A DNA stretch of 64,000 nucleotides, taken from positions 1,216,001-1,280,000 of the forward strand of contig CAVOXA010000001.1 of assembly GCA_963700285.1 (NCBI GenBank), read 5' to 3'. The translations under genes were made by a program, and so were the position numbers. Below, one piece after another: positions 28,073 through 38,322 of the stretch. Source of the stretch: an uncultured Chloroflexia bacterium (GTDB lineage: Bacteria; Chloroflexota; Anaerolineae; JAAYZQ01). The notes beneath the pieces are model-generated. The model made no database searches and was not told the origin of the DNA. It saw nothing but the letters and a program-made list of their open reading frames with translations. Within the stretch, counting starts at the first letter, position 1. The number at the start of each line of letters is the position of its first letter.

Positions 28073-28900
28073 GTGAACAAGGATAGCACGACTGGAAGAG
28101 ACGGCAGCCAAACCCCTGGCGGACAGAGGCGACGGGCCGGCAAGTTCGATGCGGTGCCCTATTACCGCGACATCCACGATGCCCTGGGCCAGCCAGGATG
28201 TCCTTTCTGCCGGCTGCTAACAGTGAAGGCTGACCGGTACCTGGATGCCGTTCTCTGGGAATTGGTGAATGATCCTGGGGTACGGTCAGAACTCAATCAG
28301 GCCCGGGGCTACTGCCAGCAGCATGGCTGGCTGCTGGTCCGCAAGGGGTCCGCGTTGGGCGTGGCCATCCTGACCCGCGACGTGGTCAAGACGCTGCTGG
28401 ACGTTGTGGCTTCGAGTCCCCTGGACGGCAGACCGGAATCGGTCTTGCAGAGCCTCCGGCGAAGCCTGGACAAGGACCGCCTCTCCCCGGGGACAGCTCC
28501 TCTCGTTGCACGGCTCTCGCCTCAGGAGCTCTGCCCCGCCTGCGCTCATGAGCAATCGACCGAAAAGGATTGCGCCGGGACGCTGCTCAAGCACTTTGAG
28601 GGGCCGAGTGCCCTGTCAGACTCTTATCGCGCCTCTGATGGGCTGTGTCTGCCCCACTTCCGCCGGGTTCTGGCCCGCGCTCCGTCTGGAAAGACGGCAG
28701 AGGCGCTGGTGTCGGCTCAGCTGGAGGTCTGGCAGCGACTCTACGCCGACCTGGGCGAGTTCATCCGAAAGAAGGATGTGCGCTTCAGGGATGAGTCCTT
28801 TGGCGAGGAAAGGGATTCGTGGCGGCGGGCGTTGGAGGCCATCTCCGGCGCGCCGCCGCGCAGCGAATCAGACCGGCAGGGCTTGACCCAAACCATGTGA
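28073..28900 (+). CDS. DUF6062 family protein
   Basis: Two CPxC...G(Y/L)CxxH modules (GCPFC..GYCQQH and LCPAC..GLCLPH) and C-terminal FIRKKD.R...E.DSW.RA. Confidence 0.75.
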   Translation: MNKDSTTGRDGSQTPGGQRRRAGKFDAVPYYRDIHDALGQPGCPFCRLLTVKADRYLDAVLWELVNDPGVRSELNQARGYCQQHGWLLVRKGSALGVAILTRDVVKTLLDVVASSPLDGRPESVLQSLRRSLDKDRLSPGTAPLVARLSPQELCPACAHEQSTEKDCAGTLLKHFEGPSALSDSYRASDGLCLPHFRRVLARAPSGKTAEALVSAQLEVWQRLYADLGEFIRKKDVRFRDESFGEERDSWRRALEAISGAPPRSESDRQGLTQTM

Positions 28901-29060
28901 GTTTGCTCTCTCGAAAGCAGAGAACCCAATTCTTTGCGGAAAAGGACGCCCTCTGCTCCCGAGCAGTCATTCCCCCCTACCGTCGCGAGGGCAGATTCCG
29001 GTAGGGATCCAGACTTCCGGCACTGTCATTACTTGGGTCTGCTATCAGATCCACCAGACC

Positions 29061-31388
29061 TCAGGGCGCCGCGCTGGCCAGGATCTGCAGCACTACTTCC
29101 GCCAAGCGCGCGAGCCGGCTGCTGCGCTGCGAAAGTGGCCTGTCGCCACCAGATGCGTAGTTTGAATCTTGTGACGCTCCTCCGGCTGCCTGGAGGCCTA
29201 CCTGCGTAGATTGGCCTGCATCCGAGATACTGTCCTCCAGCCCATCCTCGATGGCAATCACCTGACCCTTGTGTGCAAACACCACGTTGGCGCCGCTCTG
29301 CAGGAAGGGCCGGGCCTCTGGATCCCTGGCCAGGGCAAAGTACGCCTCCGAGCCGAAGGAGATGGTGCGGTCAATGCTGACATTGTCTTTGATCCAGGTG
29401 CCATCCACCGCTGTGCCCGGGTCGCTGTGCCCAAGCAACAGCGATAGGTCCAAGTTCTGCGCTCCAACCTGCGCCAGGCTGCGCTCGCCCTCGTTGTACA
29501 CATTGGCGCCGGTGGCCAGATCCGCCTGAGAAGCCAGTTGGTATGCCTGGTTCTGAACCCGCGCCATGATCGTCGTCTGGCCTGACGCCTGGTTCACCTC
29601 TGTCCGGCCATAGAGCGCCATGTTATCCGCGGATGCAGCTCCCTCTGTCTGGCCCTGGATGACAAAGGTCGTATAGGGAGTCACCAGTCCATAGGCCAGG
29701 CCCAGGGTCCTTATCTCCTCGACCAGCGCCGCGTTCTCACCCTCAACGCGTACCTGGTCCAGCAGCAGTCCGATGCGGCGCGTGGCCCACAGACGAGGTA
29801 CAAAGTGACGTTCGCCGATCTCTGCCAGGTCAAAGTGGTATACATACTCACGCAGCTCCTCTCCCGCCCGGCCTCGAACCCGTACCGTAGCCCTTTCGCC
29901 TGTGGCTTGGTAGCGACCGGTCAGCAACAAGCTCGAGCCCTGAAAGAGATCGGGGATTTCCGCCGGGAACAGGTCGCTCGCCTGCAGCCCCTCAAACTCG
30001 ATCTCGACGTCGGTCAGCATCGGCCGGGCGATACCCTCGTAGAACGCTGTCAGCGCTGTTTCCAGGTTCTCGCCGGGCTGGACATAGGTCACCGTGCCCC
30101 CGTTGTCGGCGGCCAGCCGGTCCAGCAGGTGGCTGTTGACGTCGTAGCCCACGCCAAAGACGTGTAGGCGGGCCTCCGTCGTGGTGTTGGCCCGGCCCAC
30201 CATCTGGGCGATGCGCTCCTCGTCTGTGATGCCCGGCCGTGGGCAGGCCGTCGGTCAGGAAGACGATCATACGCGGCGCGAGCGCGCCGGGCCGCGCTTC
30301 AGGATCTCCAGCCCGGTCTGCAGCGCTGCCTCCAGGTCGGTGGAGCCGTCGGCTGATCAGGCGGTCGACGAAGCGCCGGGCATCGTGCCGAGAGCCCTCC
30401 AGTCCACTGGCCGCAGCGTCCGTCCAGGACCGAGAGACTGTCGTCGAAGCGCGACGATGGAAAAGCGATCCTCCTCGCCAAGCCGGCCCAGCATAAAGTG
30501 CAGGGCATTTCGCGCCTGTTCCATCTTCTCGCCGCTCATGCTCCCCGAGCGGTCGATGACGAACACGATGTCCTTGGGCAGCGTCTCCGCCTGTCGCTGC
30601 TCAAGACTGGGCGAGAACATGAACAGAAAGTGATCGCGTCCGTCTCGCTGGCCCGTGAGCAGTCCGCCGCCGAAACCTGCCTCGGCGGGGGCGTAGTAAA
30701 CCTCAAAGTCCTGAGAAGGACGGACATCTCTGGCCTCCCAGCGCACCTGGGCCCGGGACGCTCCCTGTCGCTCGGTGACTACTGGATGGCTGGGCGAGTA
30801 GAGGCTGGCCAACCCTTTTGACGACGCGATCCCCACGCTCATCGTCACCTCCTCCAGGGGCCGGGACGAGTAGCGCTCCGTGCCCAGGACGTACCGGTAG
30901 TGGTACAGTCCGCCGCTGGGCGCCAGGACCTCCTCGTACTCCAGGTTCATCTTCCGCGAACCGCCGGGCGGCAGGTCGAGGTCAAGGGCCAGGCTCTCCC
31001 AATCGGTATACGCCAGCAGGGAGGGATCGCGCTGCCGCGCCACGACCGCGTTCAGGGTGGCGTTGGTCGTCGCTGGATCCTGGCGCCTCATGACCTGCGG
31101 CCTCCCGTCCACCGTTGCCTGGAACCCGGTCAACATGGCCTCCGGCGGAATGGGGAACAGGTACTGGCCCTGAACCGGAAAGTCATGGGGGTTGTAGAAC
31201 TCCTGCTCCACCCGCGTCACCGCATGGCCGTCCTCGATCTGGACATCCACGTGATGATAGCGCACAGCGACATAGTCAGTGTCTGTCGCCCCGGGCAGCG
31301 GCAACATCATGCCGTCCGCCAGCGCTACAGAGCCGCCAGCCGTCAGCCATAGGGTGTTCGCCAACAGGAATAGCATCATCTTACGCAT
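29061..31388 (-). CDS. secreted VIT + VWA domain protein (frameshifts near 30200-30450)
   Basis: Signal peptide ending ALA-DG; VIT domain (AVTRVEQEFYNP, YLFPIP); MIDAS motif FVIDRSGSM; FLTDGLPT; FGVGYDVN; RLWATRRI; LVTPYT. Confidence 0.85.
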
Positions 31389-31424
31389 GACCAAATACCT
31401 CCTCTGATCTGTCTGCCCATGACC

Positions 31425-32198
31425 TCACCTGGCCAGCTCAAAACTCACCGATACGCTGGCGTTGACGTTGATCTGACCAGGGGCCAGGCTGCCATCGCCA
31501 CTTGGCGTGTTCCCGCCGATCTCCTGAATGACGTTCTGGGTCAGCGCGCCCCCCCAGTGACGGCCCCACCATCCACTGTAGCTGGACCACCAACCACTCT
31601 GGACCTCGTTGATGCTGACCGGCTCGCCCAGCTTCTGGCCCAGTTCCCCGGCCAGGGCGTCCGCTTTCTCTCGTGCGGCCTGAACGGCCAGGGCTCTGGC
31701 CTGGTCTCTGTACTTCCGCAGCTCCGTCGTACGAAACTCGATCCCGTGCACATAGTTGACCCCGGCCCCAAGTGCTTCGGCAAGCAGATCCTCAAAACCA
31801 GAGAGGTCTCGGAGGGTAATCACTATCGTCCGCCGGACGAAAAAGCCAACGAAATCGCGCTCATCGTAGTAGCCGTCGCGGTACCTTGGCTCGATGGACA
31901 CAAATTCTGTCTGAATATGTTCGGGTGCAATCCCATGGTCCTCGGCAACGCCTAGCAGCTTGGTGACAATCCGGTTGTTCTCATCCTGGGCCGCTTCCAG
32001 GTTCTTGTCCCAGGTCTCGACACCCAGGGACAGAATCGCCTCGTCAGGGACGACCCGTACCTCCGCATCGCCAGTGACAGTGACGAGACGGGATGGCTCC
32101 GCTGCTGCCTGAGGCTCAGCCCAGCCCGCAAGAGCAAAGACCAAGACCAAGAATGTGCTGAGGACACTGATCCTATTGCTGGTTTTTTCTTTCATCAT
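31425..32198 (-). CDS. SIMPL domain (DUF541) exported protein
   Basis: Signal peptide, VTVTGDAEVRVVPD, ARALAVQAAREKADALA, PGQINVNASVSVSF. Confidence 0.9.
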   Translation of the reverse strand: MMKEKTSNRISVLSTFLVLVFALAGWAEPQAAAEPSRLVTVTGDAEVRVVPDEAILSLGVETWDKNLEAAQDENNRIVTKLLGVAEDHGIAPEHIQTEFVSIEPRYRDGYYDERDFVGFFVRRTIVITLRDLSGFEDLLAEALGAGVNYVHGIEFRTTELRKYRDQARALAVQAAREKADALAGELGQKLGEPVSINEVQSGWWSSYSGWWGRHWGGALTQNVIQEIGGNTPSGDGSLAPGQINVNASVSVSFELAR

Positions 32199-32257
32199 GC
32201 CTCCCCTGTCATGAGTGTTCCTAGGTCCACGCCGAATGTGTGACTCGAGTCATCCAG

Positions 32258-32313
32258 ATTATACTCACATTTCTTGGCAGGATTGTGACACGGATTGGGC
32301 AGCCGGATGGCAG
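32258..32313 (-). promoter_or_regulatory. -10 box plus four 11-bp-spaced direct repeats (OmpR/PhoB-type operator) upstream of SIMPL-VIT
   Basis: TATAAT on the minus strand at 32258-32263; G(G/A)CA cores at 32276, 32287, 32298 and 32309 (TGYC on the minus strand); no clear -35. Confidence 0.65.
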
Positions 32314-32614
32314 GCTAGGATTGTTATGGGCACAGGCCCAGCTCCAGATCCCATCTCACTTCTTGCTGACCCCAAGTTCCCGTTCAGGTCAGCAGTTTCC
32401 CACGGCGAACGCAATGCGCCGGTGCTGGATCTGACAATGCTAGCTGCAATATCGTGTTCCTGCCCGGCCTGTTGCGTGGTTTGCTAACTGATTCCCTGCG
32501 ATGTGTTCTGCCAGCAGCGTCGCGCTGACCAGCACGCGCGCTGAGGTATGGCGCGTTGTCACGTGTCTGATTGTTTTCATTGTCCACCCCTTCCCGAATA
32601 CGGTGACAAGTGTG

Positions 32615-33310
32615 CTAGTTTTCGCGCATGACCAGCAGCAGGTACAGGCATGCCAGTCGCTCAAAGCGCCAGATCGATGACCAGATTCCCTCCCCACAGT
32701 AGTTGGCGGCCCGTACGTGCCAGTTGTAGGTGACGGGCGCGAGGGCGGAGATTGCTGTGAAGCCTGGGTCCGAGGTCGTAACGTTGATGGCCGGTGACGA
32801 AAAGCTGTGGTTGTTGTCTGCCTGGATCTGAGAGGAGATTGCCCCCTGCAACGGCAACCACTCGAAGGTGGGTGTGGCTTCGCACGTGCTGCTCCCGTTG
32901 TTTGGGGAGGTGAGCACCGGTGTGTTCGGGGCTGGCGTAATACCGACCAGAACCAAAACGGCGCTTTCTTCTGAAATGGCGATGGCCAGGTACAGGTCGC
33001 CGTCCCCATCCAGGTCCCTTGGCACCACGGGCGACGGCCCGCCACCCGCAGCGTAGGCCAGATGCGTGACAAAGGTGCCATCCCCCTGGTTCAGCAGCAT
33101 CGACACGGTGCCGTCCCCTGGTTCAGCAGCACCGAAACAGTGTCGTCAAATCGATTGGCGACAGCAAGGTCCCAATTGCCATCACCGTTCAGGTCGCCGG
33201 CTGCTGTTGCCTCAGGGGAGTGGCCCACAGTGTAGGTCGGTGCAGGTTGAAACTCGGCGGTACCGCCGGCCACCGCCGCGGTGAATTGCCAGACGGTGGG
33301 GGTCAGAGCT
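32615..33310 (-). pseudogene. FG-GAP repeat secreted-protein remnant
   Basis: AGDLNGDGNWDLAVAN..VSVLLNQG and DLDGDGDLYLA repeats, frameshift near 33100, FN3-like PNTPVLTSP..YNWHVRA module, C-terminal LYLLLVMR; no recognisable N-terminus. Confidence 0.65.
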
Positions 33311-33623
33311 TCCCTATCGTCGTGCTCGATCCGCCTTTTTCCTCGTCTTTCCCTCCCTCGGGAAGAACGTGACTGCAAAATGCGTGCGCGGCCCTGACGG
33401 CGTGGTAGGTGGTCCAGGAAAGAAAACCACCATCCCTTGGCAGTGTACGAATGTTCGTTCAACCGTACCGGCTGCCGGGGCAACACGCATGACTCGGTCA
33501 CCGCTTCGATCATTGATGCGGTGGTGATCGGGGCATGCCGTGAGCCGATGTCAAAGTTGTCATACCAAATACTGGACGGAAAGGTACGGAGTTCTTCTGA
33601 GTGAAATAACTATGTTCTGTGGG

Positions 33624-35135
33624 TCATAGAGAGGGCAGACAAAAGGTGACGGTCGTTCCTAGCCCCTCCTGGCTGTCCAGGGACAACCTGCCGCCGTGTG
33701 CTTCAACCAGGACTCTGGCGATGGCCAGTCCCAATCCACTGCCGCCTTTGGCGCGAGAGCGGGCCCTGTCGGTGCGGTAGAACCGTTCCCCGATACGTGG
33801 AACTTCCTCGGCGGGGATGCCTATCCCCGTGTCTTGCACCTGAACCTGCACCATTTGCGCCTCGATGCTGTTGATGTACACGACTACTGTCCCACCTGCC
33901 CGTGAGTACTTGATGGCGTTGTCCAGCAGATTGACCAGAACCTGTTGGATCCGGTCACCGTCGGCCAGAGCCAGGGGGGCTTTTGTTCCACGTACTTGCA
34001 GGATCGTATCCTTGGCCTGAGCCTGGGAAGCGAACTGGTCCACCGTCTCGCGGGCCAGGCGAACCAGGTCTATCGGCTCCTTCTGCAGATTCAATGCCTG
34101 CGAGTCGGCCCGGGATAGGATCAGCAGGTCGTTGACCAGTCGGGTAAGACGGTCCGTCTCGGTTTCTACCGTCTCCAGAAAGCGGTCCCGTACTTGAGGA
34201 TCGTCGACGGCTCCAGCGCGCAGTGTTTCTACCATTCCCTTGATGGCTGTCAGTGGAGTGCGCAGTTCGTGGGACACATTGGCCACAAAGTCAACTTGCA
34301 TCTGCCGTGCAGCGCGCAAGCGGGCTGTCATTTCATTGAAGGTCTTGCTCAGTTGGCCCAGCTCATCACGGGATCGGACCGGCACCTGTTGATCTAGGTG
34401 CCCTTGGGCAACCGCTGAGGTGGCCTCTGTCAGCCGGCGGACTGGGCGGGCTACGGCCCCAGACAGCACCAGACCAACAGCCCCCGCCAGAACCAACGCA
34501 ATCACTGTCGACACCAGCCACCGGCTGCGCAAATCGTGGAGTACGGCCGTCACGTCATCCAGTGGTTGGCTCAGCAGCGCCACGCCCACTATCTTGTCCT
34601 CAACCAGAACCGGTGCCGCCAGGTGCATAACCGACTCACGGCCAGTTTTTTCCGTACGGCTGGCTTGCTGGCCAGCTAGGGCTTGGGCAACGAGCGCTTC
34701 AGTGCCCATATCGATACCCGCGCCCTCCCCATGAGAATCTACGAGCACCAGGCCATCGGTATCCAGGAGGCGAATGCGTGTGACAAGCTGTGAGCTAAGC
34801 TGGAGGGAAGCATCAGCCAGATAGCCCAGATCCATGGCCTCCGGGGGATGCTCGCCTTCAACTGGCGTGATGTTCTGTGCCTGGAGAGAGATGTTGCTCT
34901 GTCGTTGCTGGATAGTATTGTATGCCGAAGCCGGAGTCTCGGACGCTGCTTCCACCAGGGCCCCAGGGATCAGTGCCTGCACCGTAATCTGTGCTTGCGT
35001 GGCCAAGCTATCCTCCATCGCACGGAGGAAGTAGTTCTCCAGGAGCGATAGCAGCAGCAATCCCGACAACCCCATGGCCACGACAATGACTGCCAGGTGA
35101 CTGAGAGTAAGCCGGGTCCGGATGCTTGAGAACAC
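33624..35135 (-). CDS. sensor histidine kinase (2 TM, HAMP, HisKA, HATPase)
   Basis: DELGQL, FVANVSHELRTPL, NLLDNAIKY, DTGIGI, GSGLGLAI. Confidence 0.95.
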   Translation of the reverse strand: MFSSIRTRLTLSHLAVIVVAMGLSGLLLLSLLENYFLRAMEDSLATQAQITVQALIPGALVEAASETPASAYNTIQQRQSNISLQAQNITPVEGEHPPEAMDLGYLADASLQLSSQLVTRIRLLDTDGLVLVDSHGEGAGIDMGTEALVAQALAGQQASRTEKTGRESVMHLAAPVLVEDKIVGVALLSQPLDDVTAVLHDLRSRWLVSTVIALVLAGAVGLVLSGAVARPVRRLTEATSAVAQGHLDQQVPVRSRDELGQLSKTFNEMTARLRAARQMQVDFVANVSHELRTPLTAIKGMVETLRAGAVDDPQVRDRFLETVETETDRLTRLVNDLLILSRADSQALNLQKEPIDLVRLARETVDQFASQAQAKDTILQVRGTKAPLALADGDRIQQVLVNLLDNAIKYSRAGGTVVVYINSIEAQMVQVQVQDTGIGIPAEEVPRIGERFYRTDRARSRAKGGSGLGLAIARVLVEAHGGRLSLDSQEGLGTTVTFCLPSL

Positions 35136-35159
35136 GGTTCCGCTCCTTGCCGCAGAGCC

Positions 35160-35846
35160 TCAAACCAGCAGTTTGTAGCCAACACCACGTACGGTGACGA
35201 TGGGCTTGGCTTCGGGGTCTGCCTCGCGCAACTTGGCCCGCAGGCGTTTGACAGCGGCATCTACGACGCGCAGATCGCCATAGTAGTCATAGCCCCACAC
35301 CTGCTCCAGCAGTTGCTCTCGACTCAACACCTGGCCGGTGTGACTGGCCAGCGTGGAAAGCAGGTTGAATTCCAGTGCCGTAACCTCAAGTTCAGTCTCG
35401 CCCCACCATGCCTCGTGACGCCCAGCGTCCACCCTCAGGGCTCCAGCCCAGACCGTACCCCCTGCGGCCTCTTCGGGACGGGGCGCCGAACGGCGGAGCA
35501 CGTTCCTGACACGGACCATTAGCTCCCGGACGCTGAACGGCTTGACGACATAATCGTCTGCGCCCAGTTCTAGCCCCACGACCCGATCCACTTCTGCGTC
35601 CCGGGCCGTGAGCATGATGATGGGAACGTCCCGTTCCCTGCGAATGGCCCGGCATACCTCCAGGCCATCCAGTCGGGGCAGCATCAAGTCCAGGATGATC
35701 AGGTCGGGCTGGAATAGGCGGGCCTTTTCTAGAGCCTCTTCCCCATCCCGAGCCACGAGCACCTGATGGTGGGCTTGCTCAATGTTGTAGGTGAGCAAGT
35801 CCACGATGGGTGGTTCGTCGTCCACAACCAGGATCCGGGCAGACAC
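35160..35846 (-). CDS. OmpR/PhoB family response regulator
   Basis: ILVVDDE, LDLMLP, GADDYVVKPF, winged helix ending TVRGVGY; GGAGG RBS. Confidence 0.95.
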   Translation of the reverse strand: MSARILVVDDEPPIVDLLTYNIEQAHHQVLVARDGEEALEKARLFQPDLIILDLMLPRLDGLEVCRAIRRERDVPIIMLTARDAEVDRVVGLELGADDYVVKPFSVRELMVRVRNVLRRSAPRPEEAAGGTVWAGALRVDAGRHEAWWGETELEVTALEFNLLSTLASHTGQVLSREQLLEQVWGYDYYGDLRVVDAAVKRLRAKLREADPEAKPIVTVRGVGYKLLV

Positions 35847-35913
35847 ATATCCTCCAGGTGGGGCAAGGTCCTACGATCTTAGCAGAGTTTCGAACTGCCG
35901 TCAAGGCGAAATA

Positions 35914-35952
35914 TGGCAGGTTGGCGGCAGGTTGCGGGTAGAAGGATGACAA
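35914..35952 (-). promoter_or_regulatory. four 11-bp-spaced direct repeats upstream of the response regulator
   Basis: GGCA 35915, GGCA 35926, GGTA 35937, GACA 35948; the first two are identical GGCAGGTTG. Confidence 0.6.
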
Positions 35953-36089
35953 TCAACCCGCGGAACTGCGAGCCAGCGCCCAGCTAGCCGTGTTCTGCTG
36001 CGGGCTATCTTGCCTAACCTGACCAGCCCGTGTAGAATGAGTGTGAGCTTGGCGAGCGCGCAGAGCGCATGCCTCAAGGAGGGAGACGA

Positions 36090-37376
36090 ATGGTGGATAA
36101 GGTATGGAAACCTACACGGCTGCGCTGGGTCTCATTGGCGGCAATCTGGGTCCTACTGGCCGGTCTGCTCGTCGGCACGGGCGTGCCGGCCCAGCAGTCG
36201 CGTGCTCGGGCCAGAGAGGCCGGTGATCTGCCACCGATTCTACTGGTTTCTCACATTGATGGGCTGGATTGGCCAGTGCACGTCACCCACGCCGGAGACG
36301 GAAGCGGGCGTATCTTTGTCGTGGAGCAAGCAGGCCGGGTCCAGATCATCCGGAATGGAGTCCTCAACGAGACTCCATTCTTGGACATCTCTGGCCGGCT
36401 GTCCTGCTGCGGGGAAAGGGGTCTCCTGAGTATGGCTTTCCCACCAGGTTATAGTGCCAAAGGCCACTTCTATGTGAACTATACGAACAGATCCGGCAAT
36501 ACCGTCGTTGCTCGTTTCCGGGTGACGGCAGATCCTGATGTGGCTGATCCTGACAGCGAACAGATCGTGCTGACCGTTGACCAGCCCTACAGCAATCACA
36601 ACGGTGGCCAATTGGCCTTCGGGCCCGGCGATGGCTATCTGTACGTCGGCATGGGTGATGGCGGGTCGGCGGGAGATCCCCAGAATCGTGCCCAGAATCC
36701 GTCAACGCTGCTGGGAAAACTGCTGCGCATTGATGTCGAAGCGGGGGATCCGCTCAGCTATACGGTGCCCGCAACGAATCCTTTCCGTGACGTGCCGGGT
36801 TACCGCGATGAGATCTGGGCCCTGGGGCTGCGCAATCCGTGGCGGTTCTCATTTGATACCAAAACCGGTGACCTGTACATTGGGGATGTGGGCCAGGGTG
36901 GCTTTGAGGAGATAGACTACCAGCCGGCCGCCAGCACTGGAGGCGAGAACTATGGCTGGCGCATCATGGAAGCCAGCCACTGCTTCAACTCGCCGGACTG
37001 CGATCCCTCTGGATTGACCCTGCCCGTTGTCGAGTATCCCAACCCGCCAGGCAGGTGTGCTTCTGTGACCGGCGGCGTCGTCTATCGTGGGGTCGAATAC
37101 ACGGGGTTGGAGGGTGTATATGTCTACGGCGACTATTGCAGCGGGCGCATTTGGGGACTAAAGAAGACTGTCTCAGGCTGGCAGGATGACCGTCTTTACG
37201 ATGCTCCCTTTTTGATCACCAGTTTTGGCTTGGATGAGTCGGGTGGACTGTGGGTCGTCAACTACAAGGACGGCCCGCTGGGTGCCATCTATCAAATTGC
37301 GGAGGCCCGCGCTGTCGCCTACCTCCCTTTTCTCTCCAGACCGCGAGGTCAAGAAGCTGCCCATTCGAATAATTAA
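36090..37376 (+). CDS. PQQ-dependent sugar dehydrogenase (glucose/sorbosone dehydrogenase family), secreted
   Basis: GERGLLSMAF, NHNGGQLAFGP, GDGG, LLGKLLRID, GLRNPWRFSFD, DVGQ; C-terminal AYLPFLSR. Confidence 0.9.
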   Translation: MVDKVWKPTRLRWVSLAAIWVLLAGLLVGTGVPAQQSRARAREAGDLPPILLVSHIDGLDWPVHVTHAGDGSGRIFVVEQAGRVQIIRNGVLNETPFLDISGRLSCCGERGLLSMAFPPGYSAKGHFYVNYTNRSGNTVVARFRVTADPDVADPDSEQIVLTVDQPYSNHNGGQLAFGPGDGYLYVGMGDGGSAGDPQNRAQNPSTLLGKLLRIDVEAGDPLSYTVPATNPFRDVPGYRDEIWALGLRNPWRFSFDTKTGDLYIGDVGQGGFEEIDYQPAASTGGENYGWRIMEASHCFNSPDCDPSGLTLPVVEYPNPPGRCASVTGGVVYRGVEYTGLEGVYVYGDYCSGRIWGLKKTVSGWQDDRLYDAPFLITSFGLDESGGLWVVNYKDGPLGAIYQIAEARAVAYLPFLSRPRGQEAAHSNN

Positions 37377-37388
37377 TCTAGTTTTAAC

Positions 37389-37417
37389 TTGACAAATTAA
37401 GGAAAGGGGTGTATAAT
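37389..37417 (+). promoter_or_regulatory. consensus sigma70 promoter of sod
   Basis: TTGACA-17 nt-TATAAT, a perfect consensus. Confidence 0.85.
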
Positions 37418-37491
37418 GGGGTTGAAAATCAAGTGCGCTAATAGGCGCAGGTCTAGCGCACCAATCGACTACCGAGGAGGAAAGACGAACG

Positions 37492-38094
37492 ATGGCACAC
37501 GAACTACCACCCCTTCCCTATGCGTATGATGCTTTGGAGCCCTACATTGATGAGCAGACGATGCGCTTGCATCATGACATTCACCACAATGGCTATGTTG
37601 CTGGATTGAATGCCGCCGAGGCCAAGCTGGTGGAAGCCAGGGTCAGCGGCGATTTCGCGTCGATCAAGCATTTGTCCCGCGAGGCCGCTTTTCACGGCTC
37701 CGGTCACTTGCTGCATAGTATCTTCTGGCCGAACATGATCGCCGCTTCTGTGGCAAAGGATGCCCCCGATGGGGCACTGGCCGAGGCGATCGATCGCGAC
37801 TTTGGCAGCTTTGAGGCTTTCAAGGGCCAGTTTGCTGCAGCATCTATCGCTGTAGAGGGCAGTGGCTGGGGTATCCTTGCCTATCGCCCTTCCGACGGTG
37901 CCTTGGTCATTCTGACGGCGGAGAAGCACCAGAACCTGACCCAATGGGGTGTTGTTCCCTTGCTGGTACTGGACGTCTGGGAGCACGCCTACTACCTCAA
38001 GTACCAGAACCGCCGGGCCGAGTATGTGAACGGCTTCTTCAACATCATCAACTGGGACGACGTAGCAGCCCGCTTTGCACAAGCCAAGTCCTAG
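37492..38094 (+). CDS. sod: Fe/Mn superoxide dismutase
   Basis: LPPLPYAYDALEP, LHHDIHH, HSIFW, GSGW, DVWEHAYY. Confidence 0.97.
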   Translation: MAHELPPLPYAYDALEPYIDEQTMRLHHDIHHNGYVAGLNAAEAKLVEARVSGDFASIKHLSREAAFHGSGHLLHSIFWPNMIAASVAKDAPDGALAEAIDRDFGSFEAFKGQFAAASIAVEGSGWGILAYRPSDGALVILTAEKHQNLTQWGVVPLLVLDVWEHAYYLKYQNRRAEYVNGFFNIINWDDVAARFAQAKS

Positions 38095-38183
38095 GGTTCG
38101 ACCATCGCGCCCGGCTAGAGTTCACAATCACTTCTTGCGATCACAATAAGTATTTGTCGGGTGGGATGGCCAATATATCCGTC

Positions 38184-38218
38184 AAGAGGACGCCACTGCT
38201 GGCGTCCTCTTTGATTTG
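38184..38218 (+). terminator. intrinsic terminator after sod
   Basis: AAGAGGACGCCA-CTGC-TGGCGTCCTCTT 12-bp stem followed by TGATTTG, between convergent genes. Confidence 0.65.
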
Positions 38219-38322
38219 AGCAGAACGAGTAGCGCACGATTCCGTCCCGCGTGGTGAGCCAAGAAGCCTCTGAAGCATTCCAACAGGGGGTAGGAGGATG
38301 GTGCCCCAGTTACCGTGTTGCG

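Noticed and set aside
33310-33620. Possible ncRNA or intron fragment between the FG-GAP remnant and the kinase
   Set aside because: I found no recognisable riboswitch, tRNA or group II intron motif and no convincing stem pattern.
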